From an uncultured Candidatus Saccharibacteria bacterium (lineage in GTDB: Bacteria > Patescibacteriota > Saccharimonadia > Saccharimonadales > CAIOMD01): a stretch of DNA of 64,000 bases. Made by a program: the position numbers and the translations under genes. Below the pieces are notes generated by a model, which worked only from the letters and a program-made list of their open reading frames with translations, was not told where the DNA came from and searched no databases. The first letter of the stretch is position 1; each line of letters opens with the position of its first letter. The stretch lies in contig CAZMHM010000003.1 of assembly GCA_964566135.1 (NCBI GenBank), forward strand, positions 79,856-143,855, given 5' to 3'. Below, piece by piece: positions 18,524 to 28,055 of the stretch.

Positions 18524-19771
18524 ATGAGAGCAACACAATTATTCACGAAGACAAGTAAAACACATCCAGCTGACGAAACCGCAAAGAACGCGCAACTGTT
18601 GATACAGGCCGGTTTTGTATACAAGGAAATGGCGGGTGTCTATGCCTATTTGCCGCTGGGGCTAAGGGTAGTAGAAAATATTAAGCAGATTGTCCGCGAA
18701 GAGATGAATGCTATTAATAGCAACGAACTCATCATGACGGGACTCCAGCGCAAGGATGTTTGGGAAAAAACCGGTCGCTGGAGCGACGAGGTCGTTGATG
18801 TTTGGTTCAAAACCAATTTGCAGGATGGCACTGAACTTGGATTAGGCTGGAGCCATGAAGAGCCAATCGTAGAGATGCTCAAGCAATACATCAAGAGCTA
18901 CAAAGACTTGCCGATTAGTCTGTATCAATTCCAGACAAAATTGCGCAATGAGCTTCGTGCTAAAAGTGGCATTATGCGTGGGCGTGAGTTCGTCATGAAA
19001 GATATGTATTCATTCCATAGCTCCGCTGAAGACTTAGATGCATACTACAACAAGACAATTGAGGCTTATAAGCGTGTGTACGGCAGGCTCGGTATTGGCG
19101 CGGATACCTATGTGACCTTTGCAAGTGGTGGGGCATTTACAAAGTTTAGCCATGAGTTTCAAACTATCTGTGACGCTGGCGAGGACAGTATTTATCTACA
19201 TCGTGAGAAGAATGTTGCCGTTAACGAAGAAGTCATCGAGGACGCCGTACAAGAGCTCGGCATTAATCGTGACGAGCTAGAGCAAGTTAAGACGGCAGAA
19301 GTCGGTAATATTTTTAACTTTGGTAAACAAAAAACAGATGAAATGGGGCTTTATTTTACGAATGAGGCTGGCGAACAAGCATCGCTATACATTGGTTCGT
19401 ATGGGATTGGCGTGACCCGTGTTATGGGGGTTATTGCCGAAAAGCTTTCGGATGAAAAAGGCCTCGTATGGCCAGAAAATGTCGCACCATTCAAGGTATA
19501 TTTAGCACAACTTGGCACTGACGATGATGTTCTGGCAGCAAGCAAGAAACTTTATGAAGATTTGCAGACTAAGGGAATCACAGTACTATGGGACGATCGT
19601 GATGCACGTCCCGGAGAAAAATTTGCAGATGCAGATTTATATGGCATTCCATACCGTGTGGTTATTAGTGGCAAAACTATCGAAGCGGGTAATTTTGAAT
19701 TAAAAAAACGCACTGAATCTGATGCGCAACATCTATCATACGACGAACTTATGAAAGCCCTAGGCGCTTGA
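18524..19771 (+). CDS. proS: Prolyl-tRNA synthetase, minimal bacterial-type form without an INS editing domain
   Basis: The ProRS N-terminus (MRATQLF.KT.K..P.DE...NAQLLIQAGF) and class II motifs are present. The protein ends in an anticodon-binding domain. It is only 415 aa. Confidence 0.9.
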   Translation: MRATQLFTKTSKTHPADETAKNAQLLIQAGFVYKEMAGVYAYLPLGLRVVENIKQIVREEMNAINSNELIMTGLQRKDVWEKTGRWSDEVVDVWFKTNLQDGTELGLGWSHEEPIVEMLKQYIKSYKDLPISLYQFQTKLRNELRAKSGIMRGREFVMKDMYSFHSSAEDLDAYYNKTIEAYKRVYGRLGIGADTYVTFASGGAFTKFSHEFQTICDAGEDSIYLHREKNVAVNEEVIEDAVQELGINRDELEQVKTAEVGNIFNFGKQKTDEMGLYFTNEAGEQASLYIGSYGIGVTRVMGVIAEKLSDEKGLVWPENVAPFKVYLAQLGTDDDVLAASKKLYEDLQTKGITVLWDDRDARPGEKFADADLYGIPYRVVISGKTIEAGNFELKKRTESDAQHLSYDELMKALGA

Positions 19772-19849
19772 TAGATTTTGCAGTATACTATCCCAAAGTC
19801 AGTGAGAGATACAGATTGAATAACCTGATTTTTAGAGTAAGAGGAGTTA

Positions 19850-20308
19850 ATGAAGAAGCTATTTAAACTAACCCAAGACGGGATAGATGAACTAAAGACA
19901 GAACTCGCGCAGCTTATCGCAGAGCGCCCAGAAGTAACTGAACGAATTCGTTCGGCTCGGGAGCTTGGTGATTTAAGCGAAAATGCTGAATACGCATCTG
20001 CACGCGCCGAACAAGAGCGTAGTGAAAACCGTATTGCCGAAGTAGAGCATATTCTTAAGAACGTCGAAGTTATTAGCGCACCAAAGAATGGTAACAAAAT
20101 TCACCTTGGTTCTGTTGTTAAGCTAAAGGGTGCAGGCAAAGAAAAACAATTCCAGGTTGTTGGTACTGTCGAGGCTGACCCGCTTGCTGGAAAAATTAGC
20201 GACGAATCTCCAATTGGTAAAGCATTGCTTGGCAAAAAAGTTGGCGACGAAGTGGAGATTGTTACTCCTGCCGAAACTGCAATTTATACTGTTGCACAGA
20301 TTTCTTAA
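19850..20308 (+). CDS. greA: Transcription elongation factor GreA
   Basis: SD AGGAG lies upstream. ARELGDLSENAEYASARAEQ is the coiled-coil signature. 152 aa. Confidence 0.92.
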   Translation: MKKLFKLTQDGIDELKTELAQLIAERPEVTERIRSARELGDLSENAEYASARAEQERSENRIAEVEHILKNVEVISAPKNGNKIHLGSVVKLKGAGKEKQFQVVGTVEADPLAGKISDESPIGKALLGKKVGDEVEIVTPAETAIYTVAQIS

Positions 20309-20330
20309 TTGTCACGAATGTGTAATTTTA

Positions 20331-20357
20331 AACAGGCTCGCTCTGAGCCTGTTTTTG
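20331..20357 (+). terminator. Intrinsic terminator after greA
   Basis: AACAGGCTC (20331-20339) pairs with GAGCCTGTT (20345-20353) around a 5-nt loop, followed by TTTT. Confidence 0.8.
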
Positions 20358-20374
20358 ATTTCACCTCTATAAGC

Positions 20375-20380
20375 TATAAT
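20375..20380 (+). promoter_or_regulatory. -10 hexamer TATAAT, 8 nt upstream of the lysS ATG (leaderless geometry)
   Basis: Consensus hexamer. The gap is 20381-20388 and the ATG is at 20389. Confidence 0.5.
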
Positions 20381-20388
20381 CAAGGGCA

Positions 20389-21897
20389 ATGGCTACACTA
20401 AAAGAACTTCGCGACGAGCGACTCAGAAAACTAGAAGAACTAAAAACCCTTGGCGTAAATCCATATCCGGCAACTGCGAATCGCAGCAATATGGCAGGTG
20501 AGGTAGCGGCTAACTTTGATGCGTTTGACAATAAAGAGGTCACTGTTGCAGGCCGCATAGTGAGTATCCGAAAATTTGGCAAGATAGCATTTGTGGTTAT
20601 TAAAGACGCGAGTGGCGAGTTACAGTTGTTTTTAAAGGATGGTACGCTTGCCGAACTTGATCCTTCGCAAAGTCAGCTTGGGCTAGCGCAATTAAACTTG
20701 CTCGACAGTGGTGACTTCATTGAGGCGCGAGGCAACGTGATTAAGACGCAGACAGGCGAAGTATCGGTGGCTGTTGAGCGTCTACGCCTGCTCACTAAAT
20801 CGTTGCGCCCCATGCCAACTAAACAAGATGGCTTTACGAATAAAGAAGAACGTTTGCGTCGTCGTTACATTGATACCAATGTTAATCATGATGTCTATCA
20901 GCGGTTTTTGCGCCGCAGTATTTTTTGGCAAGCTACCCGAGATTTCTTAAATCAGCACGGGTTTGTCGAGATTAATATTCCGGTATTAGAACATACTACT
21001 GGTGGGGCGGATGCTAATCCGTTTGTGACACATATGGATGCACTCGATCAAGATTTTTATTTGCGCATTAGTCACGAACTACCCTTAAAGCGTTTAATCG
21101 GTGGTGGGTACGAAAAAGTGTATGATATTGGGCCTCGTTTTAGAAACGAAAATTATAGTGATGAACACTTGCCAGAGCACGTTGCCATGGAGTGGTACTG
21201 GGCCTATGCCGACTGGCGTGATGGCATGCAATTTATGACCGAGATGTATCGCTATGTTGCCGAAAAAACCTTTGGTACTCTGCAATTTACTGTAGGCGGT
21301 TTTGATGTCGACCTTGCGAAAGAGTGGGAAGAGTGGGATTACGCAACTGTGATTAAAGAGCGGTATGGTATTGATGTGTTTGATTGCACTATTGACCAAG
21401 TTAAAAAAGCACTCGCTGACAATAAGCTTGAAGTAGAAAAGACCGAAAACATAGCACGGGGAATCGATAAACTTTGGAAGAATATTCGTAAGGATGTAGC
21501 TGGGCCAATCTGGCTTATTAATACGCCTACGTATATCAGCCCGCTTTCAAAAACTAATCCAGATAACCCCAATACGGTGCAGCGATTCCAGCCGGTGATT
21601 GCAGGTAGCGAGCTAGGTAACGGTTTTAGCGAACTAAATGATCCGATTGATCAGCTTAATCGGTTTGTCGAACAGCAACATATGCGTGATGCTGGTGACG
21701 AAGAAGCCATGATGCTTGATATTGATTTTGTTGAAATGCTTGAGTACGGTATGCCACCAGCCTGTGGGTGGGGGAATAGCGAACGAGTATTCTGGATTCT
21801 TGAGGGCGTCAGCGCGCGCGAAGGCGTGCCATTCCCGCAACTACGGCACGAGACAGATGAAGTCACTAAAACAATCTATCCTGACCTTTCTTTGTAA
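20389..21897 (+). CDS. lysS: Lysyl-tRNA synthetase, class II
   Basis: N-terminal OB anticodon-binding domain. Class II motifs are present (FRNE.., GGADANPF, ELGNGFSELNDP). Confidence 0.95.
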   Translation: MATLKELRDERLRKLEELKTLGVNPYPATANRSNMAGEVAANFDAFDNKEVTVAGRIVSIRKFGKIAFVVIKDASGELQLFLKDGTLAELDPSQSQLGLAQLNLLDSGDFIEARGNVIKTQTGEVSVAVERLRLLTKSLRPMPTKQDGFTNKEERLRRRYIDTNVNHDVYQRFLRRSIFWQATRDFLNQHGFVEINIPVLEHTTGGADANPFVTHMDALDQDFYLRISHELPLKRLIGGGYEKVYDIGPRFRNENYSDEHLPEHVAMEWYWAYADWRDGMQFMTEMYRYVAEKTFGTLQFTVGGFDVDLAKEWEEWDYATVIKERYGIDVFDCTIDQVKKALADNKLEVEKTENIARGIDKLWKNIRKDVAGPIWLINTPTYISPLSKTNPDNPNTVQRFQPVIAGSELGNGFSELNDPIDQLNRFVEQQHMRDAGDEEAMMLDIDFVEMLEYGMPPACGWGNSERVFWILEGVSAREGVPFPQLRHETDEVTKTIYPDLSL

Positions 21898-22030
21898 CAA
21901 ATAAAAAGTATAGCCGTTATAGTACCTGAGTATTGTGCATAGTGCTTATGCCTACACCTATGTTTGCCAAGCCGATTATGCTTAAATGTAGATAATTAAT
22001 TTCCAATAATAACGGTAAAACCATAGCAGA

Positions 22031-23413
22031 ATGACAGAAACAGACTACAAACATTTGCTCCAGCGCTATGGCGGATGGATTCTCATCACAATTTTCTGTC
22101 TTATTCCAGTAGTTATATTTAATGTACTGCACCCAATTTCGACGAGTTATGGGACGTGGTATAACGTATTTGCAAATCTTGGCCGCATCACGGGGATAGT
22201 CGGTTTTATTTTGTATGCGATTAATATGCTGCTAAGCATTCGTAAACGATGGCTCGAAGATTTCTTTGGTGGCCTTAATCGTGTTTATATTGCGCATCAT
22301 ATAACTGGAGGTTTAGCACTTGCATTTCTAATGTTTCATCCATTATTTTTAGCGATACGGAATATTGAACTAGGTGTTTTAACGTCGCTAAAACCGGCTG
22401 CACAGCAATTGCTGCCTCGTGGTGTCAATTTCGAAGATGTTTTTCCGCTCGTACAAGACAATCTGTCGTTTGATGCGGGAATTATCGCGTTTTGGGGCAT
22501 GGTTGTACTCTTGATGATTACATTCTTTGTACGATTGCCGTATCGTATTTGGCTTTTCACGCACCGATTTTTAGGCGTTGCATTTTTATTTGCAGGTATT
22601 CATGTACTGTTTATTAGTTCAGACGTAAAGCGTAACGTATGGCTATTCATATATATGTCACTATGGATTGTCATTGGCCTTACGGCATTCACATATCGCT
22701 CACTGCTAGGCAATGTGTTTGTACGTCGCTCGCCCTATAAAGTTGACAGGGTAGATGTGGTTGCTGGCAATACCATCGCAGTCGAGATGACCGCTATGGA
22801 GCATCCAATTGATTTTGTCCCCGGCCAGTTTGTGTTTGTCCGCTTCTTATGGAGTACCGATGATGGCATTATCAAAGAGGCGCATCCGTTTTCTATCGCA
22901 TCAGCGCCGGGCGAAAAAACGCTACGACTCTATATGAAGGCGCTAGGTGATTATACGCAAGGCCTTAAAAGGTTACGGCCCGGCACTATTGCCGAAATAG
23001 AAGGTGCTTTTGGCCGCTTTAGCTATACGCATTTTGGTGATTCACCACAAATTTGGATTGCCGGCGGCATTGGCGTAACGCCGTTCCTAAGTATGGCGCG
23101 AAGTATACAACCAGATGCACCACCTATTGAGCTATTCTATAGCGTCGTCAAAAAAGAAGAACTAGTTGACCAAGTCGCGCTATCAGAATTCTTGCCACAT
23201 CATTACCCACAATTTAAGTACCATACGTATGTTGCTGAAGAACAGCCAGGGTTCTTAACTGCGCAGTACATTCAAGATCAAGTCGGTTCACTGGCGGGTA
23301 AAGAGATTTTTATTTGTGGCCCGCCACCGATGATGAAATCATTGCGAGCTCAGCTACGCAAGCTTGGTGTACCAAATAGAAAAATACATACAGAGGAGTT
23401 TTCAATGTCATGA
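22031..23413 (+). CDS. NOX/ferric-reductase-like transmembrane flavocytochrome (FRD domain plus FAD/NAD(P)H-binding domain)
   Basis: Six TM segments. Two His pairs sit in TM helices (HHITGGLALAFLMFH and HRFLGVAFLFAGIH). The FAD motif HPFSIAS, the NAD(P)H motif GGIGVTPF and a C-terminal CGPPPM are present. Confidence 0.85.
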   Translation: MTETDYKHLLQRYGGWILITIFCLIPVVIFNVLHPISTSYGTWYNVFANLGRITGIVGFILYAINMLLSIRKRWLEDFFGGLNRVYIAHHITGGLALAFLMFHPLFLAIRNIELGVLTSLKPAAQQLLPRGVNFEDVFPLVQDNLSFDAGIIAFWGMVVLLMITFFVRLPYRIWLFTHRFLGVAFLFAGIHVLFISSDVKRNVWLFIYMSLWIVIGLTAFTYRSLLGNVFVRRSPYKVDRVDVVAGNTIAVEMTAMEHPIDFVPGQFVFVRFLWSTDDGIIKEAHPFSIASAPGEKTLRLYMKALGDYTQGLKRLRPGTIAEIEGAFGRFSYTHFGDSPQIWIAGGIGVTPFLSMARSIQPDAPPIELFYSVVKKEELVDQVALSEFLPHHYPQFKYHTYVAEEQPGFLTAQYIQDQVGSLAGKEIFICGPPPMMKSLRAQLRKLGVPNRKIHTEEFSMS

Positions 23414-24366
23414 TAGTAAAAAGAATTGTAGCAATAACATTATTTTCATCTTTAGCCGTAATGGGTATTCTGCTCATTGTTGGATTATTTGTACCAATTG
23501 GCGTGCTAGAGAAACTGAGCACGAAAAAAGATACGGCCAATACTGTCGTAGCGGTTGATAAGGATGGTAAACCGATAGAAGGCGCAACCGTAAAGGTTAA
23601 CTCTGATGGTAGCACTACAGTTGTTGATTCAAGTGGTAAGCAAGTTGCCGGGGCAACAGTTGCTGCTGCAACACCAACATCCTCGGGTAATACCGCGCCA
23701 GCTTCGTCAGGAGGCACAACTACTGCGCCGACTACTGGTGGAGGCTCTACCGGAGGTGGCACAACCACGCCACCGCCTACGTCGGGCGGAGGTGGCACAA
23801 CTCCTACCCCAACTCCAAGTGCATCGATAAGTAGTTTTTCGGCCTCCCCAGCATCAATTGCTTATAATGCTTCAAGCACTCTTAGCTGGGCGAGCAGTAA
23901 TACGAGCAGTTGCACGCTTAATAACGGCCTTGGCACGGTTGGTACTACCGGAACAAAAAGCACCGGTGCGCTTACTACAACTAAATCGTACACAATTACG
24001 TGTGGGGCAGCCACCAAATCTACGACAGTAACAGTTGGCGCAGCACCTGCTACCTGTGGCACCTCAGGTGGTAGCTGTACGGCCGCGCAGGTTGCTACCC
24101 ATAATACAGCGGCAAATTGTTGGGTGATTTACGGTGGCAACTACCATGTTATTTCTGGCGCGAATTTACCATCAGGTAAAAGTTCTTACACGGGCAATGC
24201 ACATCCGGGCGGGTCAGGTGCCTTTACCTCGTCAACTTGTGGCCATGATATTACAGCGTACATGAATGGGAGCTCGAATGCTGGAACATCTGTAAGTAAA
24301 AAGAACCATTCTAGCGGTGCATATAGTACACTTAATTCATATAAAGTGGGGCCCGTAAATGGCTAA
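23410..24366 (+). CDS. Membrane-anchored extracytoplasmic protein: T/G/P-rich linker, Ig-like module and C-terminal cytochrome b5-like heme-binding domain
   Basis: ATGA overlap with the NOX-like gene. N-terminal TM segment. An LSW...C...Y.I.C module is present. The b5 signature reads THNTAANCWVIYGGNYHVIS...AHPGGSG...GHDITAYM...NHS. Confidence 0.75.
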   Translation: MIVKRIVAITLFSSLAVMGILLIVGLFVPIGVLEKLSTKKDTANTVVAVDKDGKPIEGATVKVNSDGSTTVVDSSGKQVAGATVAAATPTSSGNTAPASSGGTTTAPTTGGGSTGGGTTTPPPTSGGGGTTPTPTPSASISSFSASPASIAYNASSTLSWASSNTSSCTLNNGLGTVGTTGTKSTGALTTTKSYTITCGAATKSTTVTVGAAPATCGTSGGSCTAAQVATHNTAANCWVIYGGNYHVISGANLPSGKSSYTGNAHPGGSGAFTSSTCGHDITAYMNGSSNAGTSVSKKNHSSGAYSTLNSYKVGPVNG

Positions 24367-24991
24367 GCGTAAAGCAACGGTAAAAAAAACTTCCGCAAAG
24401 AAAGCTACAGCTAGTACTAAAAAAACAGCCAAAAAATCTAACAATAGGTTACTCGCTAAGCTTGATGGTGTATGGCGAAAAGAAAGCAATATTATAATCT
24501 GGAGTGCCGCGGTCTTGCTTCTCCTGTTATTTCTGAATACATTTGTGTTACAAAGCAGGCTTACCAATGCCCAGGAAAAACAAGCAGTTAAAACGCCAAA
24601 GGCTAACTTTAATATTGCAGTAATGCGGTTTTCTTGGCGCGACAATGTAGCAACAGAAGAAAATATGTTCAAGCTTGACGATAAATCAAAAATGGTCGCT
24701 GTCGATACGCAAATATTAAATTTGCGTGATACGTCGATTTGGTTGGCGCCGAGCATAGAAAGTTATATTCAGGATAAGTATGGTGAAAAATACGGCATGG
24801 CACTTGCTATTGTCGACAGACCATTCGATGCTGGCGTCTATGAACCACAACAAGTTGCCAGCGGTGAACTAAGTTACGCAATTCCAAAGAATATATCTAA
24901 TCCAAAGTGGTGCTATGCACTTGCTGATTCAAACGGTGGTGGCGAACCGCTCTGTTTCCCGTTGAATCCGTACGCACAAGTAAAAAAGTAA
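24359..24991 (+). CDS. Membrane-anchored protein with a Lys-rich N-terminus and an extracytoplasmic beta-rich domain (function unknown)
   Basis: 8-nt overlap with the upstream gene. Basic N-terminus (KRKATVKKTSAKKATASTKKTAKK) followed by one TM segment. No catalytic motif was recognised. Confidence 0.6.
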   Translation: MAKRKATVKKTSAKKATASTKKTAKKSNNRLLAKLDGVWRKESNIIIWSAAVLLLLLFLNTFVLQSRLTNAQEKQAVKTPKANFNIAVMRFSWRDNVATEENMFKLDDKSKMVAVDTQILNLRDTSIWLAPSIESYIQDKYGEKYGMALAIVDRPFDAGVYEPQQVASGELSYAIPKNISNPKWCYALADSNGGGEPLCFPLNPYAQVKK

Positions 24992-25034
24992 TTTTTGTCT
25001 TTCGTCGGTTACAATAGGGGTTAAAGGTTTTTCT

Positions 25035-25688
25035 ATGAAGCAACTGTTACCATCCTATTGGACACACAAAAAGCAATTGTATGCACTTGGTGCAACTGCT
25101 TTTTTGTATATTGCAGGGGTGGTGCAATATGCGTTTGGGCTTACCTATGTATTACCCTTAACCCCAGTAATGTTAGCCTTAGTCGCCGCTATTTGCTTAC
25201 TGATTTGGGATGCGCCTGTAAAACGGAAGATCTTATTATCACTCGGCATCGTACTTGCGGGGTTTGCGGTTGAGCAGATTGGTGTGCACACGGGCTATTT
25301 ATTTGGCAATTATAGTTATGGCTCAACGCTAGGCTTTAAAGCTTGGGGTGTACCAGTAACGATTGGTATCACCTGGTTGGTTGTCACGCTCTCTGCCTGG
25401 CATATTGTTGCGTTTGGTAAACTGTCCCGGCTGTATTCATTCTTGTTAGCAGGCGTACTAGTCGTGATGTTCGATTTAGTGCTTGAGCAGTTTGCGGTTA
25501 GCTATGGACTTTGGACGTGGTGGAGCGCAATTATACCGTTCAGCAACTACGTAACTTGGTTTGTTGTAGCGCAGGTATTCTTTCTTGCCTATTACAAACT
25601 TTCCAAGCAGGATGAACCAAGTATATACATTGCCGCACAACTACCACTTATGGCGCTGTTCTTTTGGCTGATGCTACTCGTGCATTAA
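25035..25688 (+). CDS. Polytopic membrane protein, possibly of the DUF422 'carotenoid biosynthesis protein' family
   Basis: About 7 TM segments. The segment EQIGVHTGYLFGNYSYGSTLGFKAWGVPVTIGITW resembles that family from memory. The family assignment is weak. Confidence 0.6.
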   Translation: MKQLLPSYWTHKKQLYALGATAFLYIAGVVQYAFGLTYVLPLTPVMLALVAAICLLIWDAPVKRKILLSLGIVLAGFAVEQIGVHTGYLFGNYSYGSTLGFKAWGVPVTIGITWLVVTLSAWHIVAFGKLSRLYSFLLAGVLVVMFDLVLEQFAVSYGLWTWWSAIIPFSNYVTWFVVAQVFFLAYYKLSKQDEPSIYIAAQLPLMALFFWLMLLVH

Positions 25689-25747
25689 CAGGGAAAGTGG
25701 TATGCTATACATAAGGGTTATCGCACCACAACAATAAAAAAGAGGCA

Positions 25748-27709
25748 ATGGAAACAAAACAGGCTATTAGTCACTGGCTAAGTTTGTGTGTTGAGCTTTT
25801 TAAAAAAAGCTCGTTGTTTCGTGGGCTTGTCATTGCTCAGGTAGCGATTATTGGCATGCTTGTTACAGGTGCGCTTTGCTTCGGACCGCAAACTGTTCAA
25901 TTCTCGTTTACGCAAACTGCGTGCATAGGCAGTAGTGTGCTTTTGCCGTCTTCTCAAACTGCAAAAGGGGATGCCTACACAGTAAGCTACGATAAAGTCA
26001 TAGCAGTCTTTGGTAAGCCTGTATTAGCGCGCAAAACGTGCATAAAACCGACCATTCCACCTGCCGAGCGAAAGCAATCAGTTGTAACGACATCGCTATT
26101 TGGTAGTCCGCTATTTTCGAAGAAAATTACAGTTAAATCAGGGGCGTACCCAACGCTTGCAAGTGATATTGGCAAGCTAAAAGTAATCTCTGTAGCTGAC
26201 CCTTTAGAGCTAAAGCTTACTAGCCCGGACGGAGTATTTGAGTATGCGCTAAGCGCCAACAATAAAATGACACTTTGTGTAAAGCGTGATGATGTGATGC
26301 TACTATGCGATCCACGTGCTTTAGGTCTGCAGCATGCCACGGTTTATAACATGACGCTAGACAGAGTATTCAATAAGCAGCCAGTACAAACGGTCAGTGC
26401 GGGTCAGGTGGAAACAGTCCGGCCAGTACTGATAGCCGCAAGTTCGATTGCGCAAGACAGTATTCGCTATGATAAACCCAAGGAAATTCAAATTACTGTT
26501 AATAAAGCTGTCAAAGAAGTTCGCGGCGTAGCACTAGTCTCGGATAATGGGGCTAAAATACCACTTACTGCTAATTTTAAAGATACAAAAATTAACCTTG
26601 TGCTCAGCAAGGAGCTTGATAGGGGACAAAAATTTAAACTAACTATTGATGCATTTATTGCGTCGGACGGAGGCTCGTTAATTAATCCGTATGTACTCTC
26701 GTTTGCAACGTCGAAAGGTCCGCGAGTGACAGGTGCAAATATTAGCGCAAGCGGCGTTGGCTTATCCCAATCAATCGTTATTTCGTTCGACCAAGAGATT
26801 GAATCCTCACAGAACGTGAGCAAAGAACTCGCCCTTATCGTCGCTGGTCAGCCGAAAGGGTTTGCAGCTACCGCAAGGGGAAACACGATTATGCTTAATC
26901 CGAATGAGGATTTCGCTAAATGTAGTACATTTGGTATCAAGCTGAGCGCAAACATTACGAGCCCAGCTGGAATTACGGGTGAATCAACGTGGGAATATAA
27001 TTCACGGGCAACCTGCTTTGATAGTTTTAGTATTGGGACAAGCGTAAAAGGAAGATCAATTGTCGCGTATCGATACGGCACAGGTGCTAATGCTGTCTTA
27101 TATGTTGGCGGGGTTCATGGGAACGAACAGAACGCGTCGCGCCTCTTAGAAAAATGGATGGCTGAGGTTAATACCAATCCTGACAAGATCCCAGTTAACC
27201 GCACAATTGTCATTATTCCTTCTGTAAATCCAGATGGGTATGCGGTAAATCAGCGTGTTAATGCGAGGGGCATTGATTTAAATCGAAACTTCCCGGCAAA
27301 TAACTGGAAATCAAGCGTTAAAGAACCGTCGGGTATCGTGCTTGAACAGGGCGGAGGTCCATCTGCTGGTAGTGAACCCGAAACAGCAGCACTTACTGCG
27401 TATGTGCGAGCTCTAAGGCCCCTTATCGTCATGAGCTATCACAGTAACGCTTCTGCGGTCATTGCAAACGATGCGGGCTCGTCTAGGAGCCTCACCGATG
27501 CATACGGTGCAAAAAGTGGATACCGCAGCAAAAATGGTGATACCGTCGGTAACTTGTTTAACTATGATACGACGGGTGCGTTCGAAGACTGGTTACATGA
27601 TGCGCTTGCGATGCCAGCTATTCTTGTTGAGCTACAGTCGAGCTATGATGATGAATTTGGGCGCAATAAATCCGCAATGTGGATGATTGCCCAGAATGTA
27701 AATTTTTAA
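25748..27709 (+). CDS. Membrane-anchored M14 zinc carboxypeptidase with N-terminal Ig-like domains (likely peptidoglycan peptidase)
   Basis: SD AAGAGG lies upstream, with a TGGTATGCT extended -10 at 25698-25706. M14 motifs GGVHGNEQNAS, NPDGY, RGIDLNRNF and SEPET are present. Confidence 0.85.
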   Translation: METKQAISHWLSLCVELFKKSSLFRGLVIAQVAIIGMLVTGALCFGPQTVQFSFTQTACIGSSVLLPSSQTAKGDAYTVSYDKVIAVFGKPVLARKTCIKPTIPPAERKQSVVTTSLFGSPLFSKKITVKSGAYPTLASDIGKLKVISVADPLELKLTSPDGVFEYALSANNKMTLCVKRDDVMLLCDPRALGLQHATVYNMTLDRVFNKQPVQTVSAGQVETVRPVLIAASSIAQDSIRYDKPKEIQITVNKAVKEVRGVALVSDNGAKIPLTANFKDTKINLVLSKELDRGQKFKLTIDAFIASDGGSLINPYVLSFATSKGPRVTGANISASGVGLSQSIVISFDQEIESSQNVSKELALIVAGQPKGFAATARGNTIMLNPNEDFAKCSTFGIKLSANITSPAGITGESTWEYNSRATCFDSFSIGTSVKGRSIVAYRYGTGANAVLYVGGVHGNEQNASRLLEKWMAEVNTNPDKIPVNRTIVIIPSVNPDGYAVNQRVNARGIDLNRNFPANNWKSSVKEPSGIVLEQGGGPSAGSEPETAALTAYVRALRPLIVMSYHSNASAVIANDAGSSRSLTDAYGAKSGYRSKNGDTVGNLFNYDTTGAFEDWLHDALAMPAILVELQSSYDDEFGRNKSAMWMIAQNVNF

Positions 27710-27844
27710 GCGTAGCCTCAGGCTGCCGAACTACAATACAGTTGTGGTGGAGTTTTACAGGGGTGAGTTTGCAAAATAACTTAACTATGTTAAGCTTTTA
27801 GTAACACCTTTTCTGTCACGTGAGTAACGATTAAGGGGGTAAAA

Positions 27845-28024
27845 ATGAAACGTAATATTGGTAAGCATATTTCGTCAAAAGTTCGCCAAGTTAAAGAGGA
27901 TATGGCCGAACTGCAACGTTTAATGCGCCACAAAAGTGTCTACGCAAAGCAGTCAATACGGGTTTACGCGCGTCATCCAAAGCATCCCAAGCGAACCTAC
28001 GATTTTTATAACGAACTCCACTAA
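27845..28024 (+). CDS. Small basic protein (59 aa), absent from the ORF track because it is just under 60 aa
   Basis: Strong SD TAAGGGGG lies 5-6 nt upstream of ATG 27845. The product is MKRNIGKHISSKVRQVKEDMAELQRLMRHKSVYAKQSIRVYARHPKHPKRTYDFYNELH. TAA is at 28022-28024, and an intrinsic terminator follows at 28056-28091. Confidence 0.55.
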   Translation: MKRNIGKHISSKVRQVKEDMAELQRLMRHKSVYAKQSIRVYARHPKHPKRTYDFYNELH

Positions 28025-28055
28025 ACAGCCATTTGTTGTTTGCAGTCAAAAAAAG

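Noticed and set aside
21898-22030. A 133-nt AT-rich spacer between lysS and the NOX-like gene, plus the minus-strand ORF 21917-22132
   Set aside because: I could not find a convincing hairpin, a conserved riboswitch-like motif or a tRNA-like sequence. The minus ORF has no start context and overlaps the NOX-like start. The spacer is probably just a promoter region.
23310-23798. A 162-aa minus-strand ORF with poly-Pro/Val stretches
   Set aside because: It is the reverse complement of the T/G/P-rich linker of the b5-like protein and of the 3' end of the NOX-like gene. It is a compositional artefact.
27810-27826. A parS-like site centred on CACGTG (TCTGTCACGTGAGTAA)
   Set aside because: By my count only about 11 of 16 positions match the TGTTNCACGTGAAACA consensus, and the arms are not symmetric beyond TCACGTGA. 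It is 25 kb from parB. I treat it as a possible operator of the small ORF instead. I found no convincing parS elsewhere by eye.
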